DNA from: Desulfobulbales bacterium
GTDB lineage: Bacteria; Desulfobacterota; Desulfobulbia; Desulfobulbales; JAGXFP01
Reading direction: 5' to 3'
Length of the DNA: 44,944 bases
NCBI GenBank assembly: GCA_029210665.1
Contig: JARGFN010000001.1
Location: 1 to 44,944, forward strand
In this document: positions 18,891-27,567 of the stretch, piece after piece
Numbering within the stretch: position 1 is the first letter of the stretch
Layout of the letters: every line of letters begins with the position of its first letter
Notes under the pieces: model-generated
What the model saw: the letters and a program-made list of their open reading frames with translations, nothing else
Told to the model about the DNA's origin: nothing
Database searches by the model: none
Made by a program: the position numbers and the translations under genes

Positions 18891-20729
18891 TTAACTCAAC
18901 ACGTAGACAATAAGGATAATCGCCGACAGCGAAGCGGCGTACAAAAGACCATTCTGCAGCCGGCCGCTCTGCAAACGACGACCGACGCCGCCCACTCCCC
19001 GTACACCCCGAGCGATACCGTCGACCACCCCGTCTATCGCATGCCAATCGAACCACGACCAGAAACGGGCCACGGTCATCAACGGAATCAGGCCGAGATA
19101 ACGATAGCCCTCGTTGACCCCGTTATCGACCGCCTGAATCGGCTTGCTGGCCAGCCACTGAAAACCGCGGCCACCCATGCGATAAAACCAGTCCAGATCG
19201 ATGCTGATGGTCGGCTCTGGTTTAAGTTTCTTGAGGAGCAGAAAGAAACCAAGGGCGGTAAACAGAAGGATCTGCAGACTCTCCGAAACATGATAGGAAC
19301 CGTAAACCATCTCGGCGTAATGGCGGGCTTCATCCTGAAAAGGCAGCATATGGTATAGATACGGGACATAACAGCCGATAAAAACGCAGAAAAAAGCGGC
19401 GATGCCCATGGCCCACTGCATGTTGGCGGGCGGATCGGCCGCCTTCTCCCAAGTCTCCTTGCTGCAGTTGTTCTCCCCGAACCAGATAAAGTAGGGAACC
19501 TTAAGCCCGGTATGGAGAAAGGTACCGGCCGAAGCCAGGGTCAGCAGAAAGGCGGCCCAGTAGAGATGTTCCTCGAAGCCGGCCGCGACGATCATCGACT
19601 TGCTGACAAAACCGCTGAACAGCGGGAAGGCGGAGATCGACAATCCGCCGATCAGGGTAAAGACAAAGGCCCGCGGCATCTTTTTGTAAAGACCGCCCAG
19701 CTCGGTGAACTTGCTCTTGCCGGTCATGTAGAGGACCGATCCGCAGCCCATGAACAGCAACCCCTTATAGAGGATATGGGCAAAGGCGTGGGCCACCGCG
19801 CCGTTGATGGCCATGGCGGTGCCGATCCCGACCCCGGCCACCATATAGCCGACCTGACTGACGATATGATAGGCCAAAAGCCTGCGGCAGTCGTTCTCCA
19901 GGACCGCGTAAACCACCCCGTAGAGGGCCATGATTACCCCGAGGGGCACCAGGATATCCATGCCGGCGCAACCCCTGGCCAGGGCGTAGATCGCCGTCTT
20001 GGTGGTAAAGGCGCACATGAAAACCGCGCCGGTGACCGTTGCTTCACCGTAGGCGTCGGGCAGCCAGGCGTGCAACGGCGGAACCGCGGCGTTCAGGATG
20101 AAACCGAGCATAATCAGGTAGGTCGGCAGGGAGACGTTGAAAATATCGTCCAGATGAAAGGCCTTATCGCCACCGACCGCATCGGTCAGCAGATTGAAGG
20201 AAATATCGCCGCCGGTCGCCTGGTATTGCAGGACGATCCCGGCCAGCAGAACCAGGCCGCCGAAGGTATGGACCAGCAGATAGCGGTACCCGGTGGCCAG
20301 CGACTGGGGCCGCCGCCGGAACCAGACCAGGAAAACCGAGGAGAAGGCCATCACTTCCCAGAACAGGAAGAGGACCAGATAATCGCCGGCGAAGATTACC
20401 CCCAGGGAACCGGCCACATAAAGCCAGGCCGCGATATGCTGGGCGTCCTCCTCGACATGGAGTCCGTAAATGGTGCCGATCACGCACATCAGGGTCATGA
20501 TATAGGCAAAGACCTTGCTCAGCTGATCGACCCGGCCGAAGGTCAACTGCCAGTCCATAAACGACATGGTGGCAAAGGTGCCGGCCTCCATGGAATAAGT
20601 AGCCAGGAAGGCCAGCGCGGGCACCGCGACCAGAAAAACCTTGCGCAGCGACCCCCTTTGCACGAACGGCAAGACGAAGGCGCCAAGGATCAGAAGCAGG
20701 GCCGGATGGACCCAGAGATCATTTATCAT
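18891..20729 (-). CDS. nuoL: Antiporter-like subunit carrying a NuoL-type C-terminal lateral helix and anchor TM (functional NuoL equivalent)
   Basis: 612 aa. The core motif LHAWLPDAYGEATVTGAVFMCAFTTK looks more MrpD/NuoM-like. The C-terminus (WFDWHAIDGVVDGIARGVRGVGGVGRRLQSGRLQNGLLYAASLSAIILIVYVL) matches the amphipathic helix plus final TM pattern of NuoL. Confidence 0.7.
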   Translation of the reverse strand: MINDLWVHPALLLILGAFVLPFVQRGSLRKVFLVAVPALAFLATYSMEAGTFATMSFMDWQLTFGRVDQLSKVFAYIMTLMCVIGTIYGLHVEEDAQHIAAWLYVAGSLGVIFAGDYLVLFLFWEVMAFSSVFLVWFRRRPQSLATGYRYLLVHTFGGLVLLAGIVLQYQATGGDISFNLLTDAVGGDKAFHLDDIFNVSLPTYLIMLGFILNAAVPPLHAWLPDAYGEATVTGAVFMCAFTTKTAIYALARGCAGMDILVPLGVIMALYGVVYAVLENDCRRLLAYHIVSQVGYMVAGVGIGTAMAINGAVAHAFAHILYKGLLFMGCGSVLYMTGKSKFTELGGLYKKMPRAFVFTLIGGLSISAFPLFSGFVSKSMIVAAGFEEHLYWAAFLLTLASAGTFLHTGLKVPYFIWFGENNCSKETWEKAADPPANMQWAMGIAAFFCVFIGCYVPYLYHMLPFQDEARHYAEMVYGSYHVSESLQILLFTALGFFLLLKKLKPEPTISIDLDWFYRMGGRGFQWLASKPIQAVDNGVNEGYRYLGLIPLMTVARFWSWFDWHAIDGVVDGIARGVRGVGGVGRRLQSGRLQNGLLYAASLSAIILIVYVLS

Positions 20730-20991
20730 AATAATCCTCCGGAGCCATGATGGTGAACTTGCCGCCGAACCAGTGGCAATGGCCGAACCATTTGGAGACC
20801 AGAATAATCAGGACGCAGGCGACAAAGCCAAACAGGGCCCAAAAGAACCAGAGCTTTTCCGGCCAGGTATGGGCATGATGTTTATCGACGAAAATAATAT
20901 CCCAGGCCACCAACAGGGCAAGCCCCGCATAGCATAACCTGATTACGGTCTTAAGCCGGTCGCGTAAAAAATCAATCAATTGGACAATCAT
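20719..20991 (-). CDS. 90-aa two-TM protein of unknown function embedded in the nuo cluster
   Basis: Its start overlaps the upstream stop as ATGA, and its 3' end overlaps the next gene by 11 nt. It has an N-terminal amphipathic segment, two hydrophobic helices and His/Trp-rich loops (DKHHAHTWPEKLW, GHCHWFGG). I recognise no family. Confidence 0.55.
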   Translation of the reverse strand: MIVQLIDFLRDRLKTVIRLCYAGLALLVAWDIIFVDKHHAHTWPEKLWFFWALFGFVACVLIILVSKWFGHCHWFGGKFTIMAPEDYYDK

Positions 20992-22466
20992 CCCGTCACC
21001 GCCTTGACAAAGTACATGATAAAGTCTGGATAGATTCCGAGAATCACCGAAATAACCGCCGCCAGCATCAAGGGGATCAACATGGCAAGCGGCGCCTCCC
21101 TGATCCCTTCGAAACTCTCGCCGGCCGGACGTTTGCCGAAAAAGGCCTTATAGGTGACCGGGGCGAAATAACCGACATTCAGCAGGGTGCTGCTCAACAG
21201 GATCAAAATAATGCCGATGTAGTGGGCCTCCATCTCCAAGGCGCCCATCAACAACTTCCACTTGGTGACAAAACCGGCCACCGGCGGCGCGCCGATCATG
21301 CTGAGGGAAGCGATCGCGAAAGCCGCGAAGGTGAAGGGCATGGTCCGGCCCAGACCGGACATCTCGGAGATATTTTTCTTGTGGGCCGTAACATAAATGG
21401 CGCCGGCGCAGAAGAACAGGGTGATCTTGGCAAAGGCGTGATTGGCGATATGGACCAGGCCGCCCTGGATACCGCTGGTGGTAAGGAGGGCGACGCCGAG
21501 AATAATGTAGGAGAGCTGGCTGACCGTCGAGTAGGCCAGCCGCGCCTTGAGGTTGTCCTTGCTCAGGGCGATAATCGAGGCGGCCAGAATGGTGAAGGAG
21601 ACAAAGTAGGCGGTCGGAATCCCCAGATTGAGGGCCTCCATGGTGCCGGTCCCGAAGACGTACAGCATCACCCGGGTGGTGGAAAACACCCCGACCTTTA
21701 CCACGGCGACGGCATGGAGCAGGGCGCTGACCGGAGTCGGGGCCACCATCGCCGAAGGCAGCCAGTTATGGAGGGGCATGATGCCGGATTTGGCAAAACC
21801 GAGCAGGCAGAAGATATAAAGCATCGTCACCAGGGCGGCGCTGGCATCGGCCGGGAAGATGCCGGTGGTAATATTATTGGCAAAATCGAGGGTACCGGTC
21901 AGCACATAGATCAGGATCATGGCCGGCAGCAAGAGCCCCTTGGCGGTGGTGGTCAGATAGATGATGTACTTGCGGGCTCCGCTGTACGACTCGCCATCCT
22001 GATGGTGGGCGACCAGCGGGTAGGTGCAGACGCTGACGATTTCGTAAAAGAGATACATCGTAAAGAGGTTGTCGGAAAAGGCGACCCCGATCGCCCCGAA
22101 CAGGGCGAGGGCGAAACAGGCATTGAACCTGGTCTGGGCGTGTTCCTTCAGGCCACGCATATAACCCATCGAATAAAACACGGCCAGGATCCACAGAAAG
22201 GAGGCGACCACCGCGAAGATCATCGAAAAAGCGTCGGCCCGCAGGGTCACGGAGAGCCCGGGCAGAATGTTAAAAAGATTATAGACCAGGCGATTACCGG
22301 CCAGCACCTCGGGGATCATCGAGACAATCAGGCCGAACATGACGACCGAGGCCAAAAACGACACCCCCTCCCGCAGATTGGGATACCGGCCGCACCGCAT
22401 CACCACCAGTGAACCGATCAAGGGGGTCAGCAGGGCATATAAAAGTTTACAGGATACTATTTCCAT
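20988..22466 (-). CDS. Additional NuoL/MrpA-core-like antiporter subunit lacking the lateral helix
   Basis: 492 aa with NuoL/MrpA-type motifs LHNWLPSAMVAPTPVSALLHAVAVVKVGV and LAYSTVSQLSYI. It ends right after the core TM bundle, with no C-terminal extension. Confidence 0.75.
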   Translation of the reverse strand: MEIVSCKLLYALLTPLIGSLVVMRCGRYPNLREGVSFLASVVMFGLIVSMIPEVLAGNRLVYNLFNILPGLSVTLRADAFSMIFAVVASFLWILAVFYSMGYMRGLKEHAQTRFNACFALALFGAIGVAFSDNLFTMYLFYEIVSVCTYPLVAHHQDGESYSGARKYIIYLTTTAKGLLLPAMILIYVLTGTLDFANNITTGIFPADASAALVTMLYIFCLLGFAKSGIMPLHNWLPSAMVAPTPVSALLHAVAVVKVGVFSTTRVMLYVFGTGTMEALNLGIPTAYFVSFTILAASIIALSKDNLKARLAYSTVSQLSYIILGVALLTTSGIQGGLVHIANHAFAKITLFFCAGAIYVTAHKKNISEMSGLGRTMPFTFAAFAIASLSMIGAPPVAGFVTKWKLLMGALEMEAHYIGIILILLSSTLLNVGYFAPVTYKAFFGKRPAGESFEGIREAPLAMLIPLMLAAVISVILGIYPDFIMYFVKAVTG

Positions 22467-22487
22467 GGGCCATTTTCCTCTATCTGA

Positions 22488-22814
22488 TTAGCCTTGCAGG
22501 CCGGCAACATCCTCGGTATCGATCGATTTGTAATTTCGATATACGGCGATAATGATGCTCAGGGCAATGGCCGCCTCGGCTGCGGCAACCCCCATGATGA
22601 ACAGGGTGAAGATCTGGCCGGTGGTCGGGTCCGGAGCCAGAAAACGGCTGAAGGCCATGAAATTAAGCGAGGCCCCGGCCAGAATAAGTTCGGACGAAAT
22701 CAACATGCCGATCAGGGTACGCTGGTAGAGCATGCCGTAGACGCCGATCCCGAAAAGCAGGGCCGCAATCGCCAGATAGATCTCCAGGATGTTGCTTAAA
22801 TTCAGAATACTCAT
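22488..22814 (-). CDS. nuoK: Complex I subunit K
   Basis: 108-aa three-TM protein with a conserved membrane Glu context (GVAAAEAAIALSIII). It lies after nuoJ with an overlapping stop/start. Confidence 0.85.
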   Translation of the reverse strand: MSILNLSNILEIYLAIAALLFGIGVYGMLYQRTLIGMLISSELILAGASLNFMAFSRFLAPDPTTGQIFTLFIMGVAAAEAAIALSIIIAVYRNYKSIDTEDVAGLQG

Positions 22815-23338
22815 GACTTGCTCCTCCCGGCCCGGGCCAGGACCAGGGAACCGATAATCGCCAGCAGCAACACCAGGGAGATCAGTTCGAAGACCATGCC
22901 GTAGGTGGTCACCAATGAGTGGCCGATATCCTTGACCGAACCGTCGCTAACCCTGGCCGCGGCCGCCGGCCACATGGTATTGATGCCGAGCAGGGCCAGC
23001 CCCCAGAAGAGCAGCGCCCCCACCCCGAAAGCGACCGGCGCGCCGATCGCGCTGCGTCGCCCGACTCTTTGCTCATCGCCGGGGTCGGCCAGCATGATCG
23101 CAAAAACGATGGTTACGCAGACGGCCCCGACGTAGATCAGCATCTCCATGACCGCCACGAAAGGGCTGTTCAGAAAGTAATAGAGTCCGGCCACGCCGAC
23201 AAAACTGATGGCGAGGCCGGTAATCGCGCGCGGCAGCCTGATCGAATTGACGGCAATCAGCGCCCCGCCGATAGTGACCGCGACGATAAACAGGAAAACG
23301 AGACCGGCAAGACCTTCCGCAGTGAACAAGGATATCAT
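22811..23338 (-). CDS. nuoJ: Complex I subunit J
   Basis: 175-aa hydrophobic protein between nuoI and nuoK, with ATGA-type overlaps on both sides. Assigned mainly by position and topology. Confidence 0.8.
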   Translation of the reverse strand: MISLFTAEGLAGLVFLFIVAVTIGGALIAVNSIRLPRAITGLAISFVGVAGLYYFLNSPFVAVMEMLIYVGAVCVTIVFAIMLADPGDEQRVGRRSAIGAPVAFGVGALLFWGLALLGINTMWPAAAARVSDGSVKDIGHSLVTTYGMVFELISLVLLLAIIGSLVLARAGRSKS

Positions 23339-23778
23339 CCGCTTTTTTCCTCAAGTCTTTTTTTCAGATCGAATACATAGGCATCCTTCCGGGGTCCGGC
23401 CAGATTGTAATCCCGGGAGAAGGCGATCGCCTCGAATTTGCAGCTTTCGACGCATAGCCCGCAGAGACTGCATTTGGTGAAATCGAGGATGTAGGAGGTC
23501 AGGATCTTTTTCTTGGCCCCCTCCGGCTTCTCCCCGGCAAGACTTATGCAGTTGGATGGGCAGGCCTTCTGACACATCCCGCAGACCACGCAATTGGGCG
23601 CGCCGGTCTCCTCGTTGCCGACCAGTTCGATATGCCCGCGAAAGCGCGGCGTCATCACAAGGGTCTCATGGGGATACTGGACGGTGACCACCGGCTTGAC
23701 CATATACTTGATGGTAATGCCGAGCCCCACCGCCAAACTCTTGGTACCGCCGAACAGTTCTTTAAAATATCCACTCAT
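23335..23778 (-). CDS. nuoI: Complex I subunit I (2x[4Fe-4S] ferredoxin-like)
   Basis: Two cluster motifs: CVVCGMCQKACP and CSLCGLCVESC. Confidence 0.9.
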   Translation of the reverse strand: MSGYFKELFGGTKSLAVGLGITIKYMVKPVVTVQYPHETLVMTPRFRGHIELVGNEETGAPNCVVCGMCQKACPSNCISLAGEKPEGAKKKILTSYILDFTKCSLCGLCVESCKFEAIAFSRDYNLAGPRKDAYVFDLKKRLEEKSG

Positions 23779-23779
23779 T

Positions 23780-24781
23780 TCATGACGCTCCGGTAATAAG
23801 GGGCCATACCTTGATCATGGCGCCGGTCAGCAGCAGGATAAGCAGCGAAAACGGGATCAGGATTTTCCAGGAGAGATTGAGCAAACCCCAGAGGGTGGTC
23901 CGGGGATAGGTCCAGCGGATCCACATCACGCAGAAGATCAGAAAATAGACCTTGGCCAGAAACCACCACCAGCCCGGCAGAATACCGAAGGGACACTGCC
24001 AGCCGCCCAGAAAGAGGATGGTCGCCAGGCCGCAACCGATGATGATGTTGGCATATTCCCCCATGAAAAAGACCCCGAAACCCATGCCGGAATACTCGGT
24101 ATGAAAACCGGCGATCAGTTCGCTCTCGGCCTCGCCGAGATCGAACGGAGCCCGATTGGTCTCGGCCAGGGAGCAGATGAAAAAGATCAGGAAGGCAATC
24201 GGCATCAGGGGATTGGCGAAGATATGCCAGTTCCACACCCCCCCGGCCTGCTGGATCACTATCTCATTTAAATTCATGGTATGGGTAAGCATGATCATGG
24301 TGACGACCGTGATCAGCATCGGGATCTCGTAGGCGACATTCTGGGAAACGGCCCGGGCCGCCGAGATCACCGCGTATTTATTGTTGGAGCCCCACCCCCC
24401 CAGCAGCAACCCCATGACATTCACCGAGGCGAAGGCGAAGATCATCAAGAGGCCGATGTCGATGTTTCTGGCGACCAGTTTTTCGCTGAAGGGGATGGTC
24501 ACGAACGACATCACCGCCGGAACCAGAACCAGAAGCGGCGCCACCTTGAACAGCAGGGGGTCGACCCCCTTCGGAACCAGGAGCTGCTTGGACATCAGCT
24601 TGATCCCGTCGGCCAGCGGTTGCAGCAGTCCGAACGGGCCGACCTCCTTGGGTCCGATCCTCCTCTGGATATGGCCCGCGACCTTCCGCTCCAACCAGAC
24701 CAGATAGGCCGCGTTCAGGGCGATAAAGGCGATGATCCCGGCCACGAAGACCAGTAACCGCCACGGTTCCGATAAAATCAT
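23780..24781 (-). CDS. nuoH: Complex I subunit H
   Basis: 333 aa with the NuoH N-terminal signature WLERKVAGHIQRRIGPKEVGPFGLLQPLADG. Confidence 0.92.
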   Translation of the reverse strand: MILSEPWRLLVFVAGIIAFIALNAAYLVWLERKVAGHIQRRIGPKEVGPFGLLQPLADGIKLMSKQLLVPKGVDPLLFKVAPLLVLVPAVMSFVTIPFSEKLVARNIDIGLLMIFAFASVNVMGLLLGGWGSNNKYAVISAARAVSQNVAYEIPMLITVVTMIMLTHTMNLNEIVIQQAGGVWNWHIFANPLMPIAFLIFFICSLAETNRAPFDLGEAESELIAGFHTEYSGMGFGVFFMGEYANIIIGCGLATILFLGGWQCPFGILPGWWWFLAKVYFLIFCVMWIRWTYPRTTLWGLLNLSWKILIPFSLLILLLTGAMIKVWPLITGAS

Positions 24782-24792
24782 GACTCCTCTCC

Positions 24793-25911
24793 TTACCTGT
24801 CAATCTCGGGGATGACCAGGTCCAGACTACCCATCAGGGCAAGGGCGTCGGGCAAAAGCATACCCCGGCTGGCCTCGCCGAACAGACTCAAATTTGAAAA
24901 GGTCGGCGACCGCAATTTCATCCGGTACGGGGTATTGGTGCCGTCGCTGACGATCCGGATCCCGAAGGTGCCCCTGGCCGCCTCGACAGCGCTGTAATAA
25001 TCACCTGGCGGCGGTTTCAAAATTTTCGGGACCTTTTCGGCCACTACCGGCCCCTCCGGCAATTTATCCAGGGCCTGCTCGACAATCCGCATGCACTGTT
25101 CGATCTCATCCATGCGAACCATATAACGGGCCATGGAATCTCCCTCGCCGTAAACGGGGACTTCGAAATCCAGTTCCGGATAGACCGAATACGGCTCGTT
25201 TCGGCGGACATCGTAATCAACCCCGGAGCCGCGCAGAACCGGGCCGGTGGCCCCGTATTTGCGGCACATCTCGGCGGACAGCACCCCGACATCCTTGAGA
25301 CGCTTGATCAGGATAATGTTTTTGGTGACCAGGTTATGGTAATCGGGCAGCCGACGGCGGAGCCGCTTGATAAAGGCGCGGGCCCCGCCGACAAAGTTAT
25401 CGTCGACATCGTTATAAAGGCCGCCGAAGCGGAAGTAGCAGAAAGTCAGCCGGGAGCCGGTGACCGACTCCAACAGATCGAGAACATGCTCGCGGTCATC
25501 GAAGGCATAAAGCAGCGGGGTGAAACCGCCCAGATCGAGGACGAAGGCCCCGTACCAGAGGAGATGGCTGGCGATGCGGTTCAACTCGACGGTAATCACC
25601 CGAAGATATTCGGCCCTCTCCGGCACCTCGATCCCCATGGCCTGTTCGACAACCTTTACATAACCGTGGTTATAGGAAAGCGCCCCCAGATAGTCGAGCC
25701 GGGCCGTGTTCGGCATGAACTGCGCCCAGGTCCGATTCTCCCCCATCTTTTCATGCATCCGGTGCACATAGCCGAGCACCGGTTCGGCATGGACGACATA
25801 TTCGCCGTCCATGGTCAGCTTGACCCGCAAGACCCCGTGGGTGGCGGGATGCTGCGGACCCAGGTTAAGTACGAAGGTTTCCTGATTCTGGCTGCGGGCG
25901 AGATCGTTCAT
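24793..25911 (-). CDS. nuoD: Complex I subunit D (49-kDa/NiFe-hydrogenase large-subunit-like)
   Basis: 372 aa with [15 protein letters not shown] near the N-terminus and a C-terminal [12 protein letters not shown]. Confidence 0.95.
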   Translation of the reverse strand: MNDLARSQNQETFVLNLGPQHPATHGVLRVKLTMDGEYVVHAEPVLGYVHRMHEKMGENRTWAQFMPNTARLDYLGALSYNHGYVKVVEQAMGIEVPERAEYLRVITVELNRIASHLLWYGAFVLDLGGFTPLLYAFDDREHVLDLLESVTGSRLTFCYFRFGGLYNDVDDNFVGGARAFIKRLRRRLPDYHNLVTKNIILIKRLKDVGVLSAEMCRKYGATGPVLRGSGVDYDVRRNEPYSVYPELDFEVPVYGEGDSMARYMVRMDEIEQCMRIVEQALDKLPEGPVVAEKVPKILKPPPGDYYSAVEAARGTFGIRIVSDGTNTPYRMKLRSPTFSNLSLFGEASRGMLLPDALALMGSLDLVIPEIDR

Positions 25912-26441
25912 GCCTTGAAGTCCTTGCGAAGTGGATGAAAGTCGGCATCTTCCGGAAGCAGTAGAGGGGAAAGGTCCGGATGCCCCGAAAAGATAATCCC
26001 GAAGAAATCGTGGGTCTCGCGCTCATGCCAGTTCGCCCCGGGAATCAGCCGGGAAACGGTCGGAAGCTCGGGGTTGGCCCGATCGAGGCGGCAGCGGACC
26101 GCAACCCGGCAAAGCTCGCCAACGGTACGGTTGTAATCGTAGACCACTTCCATTTTATCGGTCGGCGGCGCCGTGGCGGCCTCGGCCTTGCCGGCGCCGC
26201 CACCCTCGCCAGCTTCTCCTGCCTCGACTTCCGGCTGATTGGAGAGCGGAGCCTTGCCCAGCCAGTCCACCCCGGTAATCGCTTCCAGGAAGAAACCGCG
26301 TCGATCAAGAAGCTCGGCCGCGGCCACAACCTGATCCGGCCCGACCTCCACATCAAGATGATAGCCCTTGAAACGATAGTCGGTCTCGATCAGCGGGACC
26401 GGGACAAGGGATGCAAATTCGTTTTTTAATTCATCAAGCAT
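25908..26441 (-). CDS. nuoC: Complex I subunit C (30-kDa)
   Basis: NuoC-like C-terminal motif [22 protein letters not shown]. It contains an internal low-complexity insert ([23 protein letters not shown]). I prefer the start at ATG 26441, just after the nuoB stop. Confidence 0.85.
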   Translation of the reverse strand: MLDELKNEFASLVPVPLIETDYRFKGYHLDVEVGPDQVVAAAELLDRRGFFLEAITGVDWLGKAPLSNQPEVEAGEAGEGGGAGKAEAATAPPTDKMEVVYDYNRTVGELCRVAVRCRLDRANPELPTVSRLIPGANWHERETHDFFGIIFSGHPDLSPLLLPEDADFHPLRKDFKA

Positions 26442-26443
26442 GT

Positions 26444-26962
26444 TCAGACGGCCTCCACCCGGGGCCATCGCCGATGGCCGGTCACCTTTTCTTCAAGCTC
26501 GAGAATCCCCTCGATCAGGGCTTCCGGCCGGGGCGGACAGCCGGGGATAAAGACATCCACCGGAAACAGCTTGTCGGCGCCTTCGACAATGCCGTACTGA
26601 CCTTCGAAAACGAAAGGCCCGCCGGAAATGGCGCAGTTGCCCATCGCGATCACCCATTTGGGCTCCGGCATCTGGTCGTAGAGGGTCTGGACGGCGGGGG
26701 CCATTTTCTTGCTGATGGTTCCCGCCACGATCATCACGTCGCACTGCCGGGGCGAGGGGCGGAAGACCTCGGCCCCGAAGCGGGCCAGATCGAACCGGGC
26801 CGCGCCGGTCGCCATCATTTCGATGGCGCAGCAGGCCAGCCCGAAGGTCATCGGCCACAACGAATTGGCCCGGCCGAGGTCGAGCAGCTTATCGAGGGGC
26901 GCGAACCTGATTATTGCCGACTGTAGACTTTCCTTCCCCACTTGAACACTCCCTTTTTCCAT
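26444..26962 (-). CDS. nuoB: Complex I subunit B (N2 cluster)
   Basis: Motifs [10 protein letters not shown] and [11 protein letters not shown]. The start is uncertain: ATG 26962, or GTG 26941 with AAGGGAG upstream. Confidence 0.95.
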   Translation of the reverse strand: MEKGSVQVGKESLQSAIIRFAPLDKLLDLGRANSLWPMTFGLACCAIEMMATGAARFDLARFGAEVFRPSPRQCDVMIVAGTISKKMAPAVQTLYDQMPEPKWVIAMGNCAISGGPFVFEGQYGIVEGADKLFPVDVFIPGCPPRPEALIEGILELEEKVTGHRRWPRVEAV

Positions 26963-27312
26963 GCGTAGATCACGGCCAGCGACAAAACGCCGACAAAGAT
27001 AACCAGCTCGACGAAATCGCGGATCACATATCCGTCGTTATAAGCCATGGCCACCGGAAACAGAAACAGGATATCGACGGCGAAGGCCAGAAACATCAGG
27101 GCATAGAGATAGTAGACGATACCGAAGCGGATCCAGGCGGCGCCGATGGGCTCCATGCCGCATTCAATGATCTGCTCCGTTTTGTTTATGGTGTTTCTGG
27201 TGTTGCGGGGGGCGAGCAGGAAGGAGATGACGAAGGGGCCGACGGCAAAGGCAAGGCCGCCCAGGAAAAAAGCGGCGACATAGAGAAGATCGGTTAAAGC
27301 TTGTTGTCCCAC
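26911..27312 (-). CDS. nuoA: Complex I subunit A
   Basis: The ORF track extends to 27489. I prefer GTG 27312, preceded by GGGAGG at 7-nt spacing, which gives a ~133-aa three-TM protein with the NuoA-like ECGMEPIG motif. It overlaps the annotated nuoB start by 52 nt. Confidence 0.8.
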   Translation of the reverse strand: MGQQALTDLLYVAAFFLGGLAFAVGPFVISFLLAPRNTRNTINKTEQIIECGMEPIGAAWIRFGIVYYLYALMFLAFAVDILFLFPVAMAYNDGYVIRDFVELVIFVGVLSLAVIYAWKKGVFKWGRKVYSRQ

Positions 27313-27460
27313 GATGACGCCTCCCTCAAGAGGTGAAGACTTGATTAATCTGTCTACAATAGCTGATCGTGAAAACCCGGCTTTGATGTCGGGATTCCGG
27401 GCGGCGATCATGCCTGGAGCATTGTCAATCCAATACGCCGCCAGAATGCAAATTGCTGTT

Positions 27461-27489
27461 TTTTTATCCCACCGGATAAGCCTTGTCAA
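27461..27489 (-). promoter_or_regulatory. Possible sigma70 promoter for the nuo cluster
   Basis: Minus strand reads TTGACA, a 17-nt spacer, then TAAAAA, ~150 nt upstream of the nuoA start. Motif match only. Confidence 0.3.
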
Positions 27490-27567
27490 GGAAAATACTG
27501 AACGGCCATTCAGTTTGCCGGACCCCGATGAGTTTGGAAAAACAACACATTGTGGCAGTCGGCTAGT

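Noticed and set aside
15823-22412. Several 300-400-aa plus-strand ORFs opposite nuoN, nuoM, nuoL and the extra antiporter subunit (15823-16899, 17126-18076, 19512-20750, 21222-22412)
   Set aside because: They are mirror frames of clearly polytopic membrane proteins. Their translations are His/Gly/Asp/Arg/Gln-rich with no hydrophobic helices and no start-codon context.
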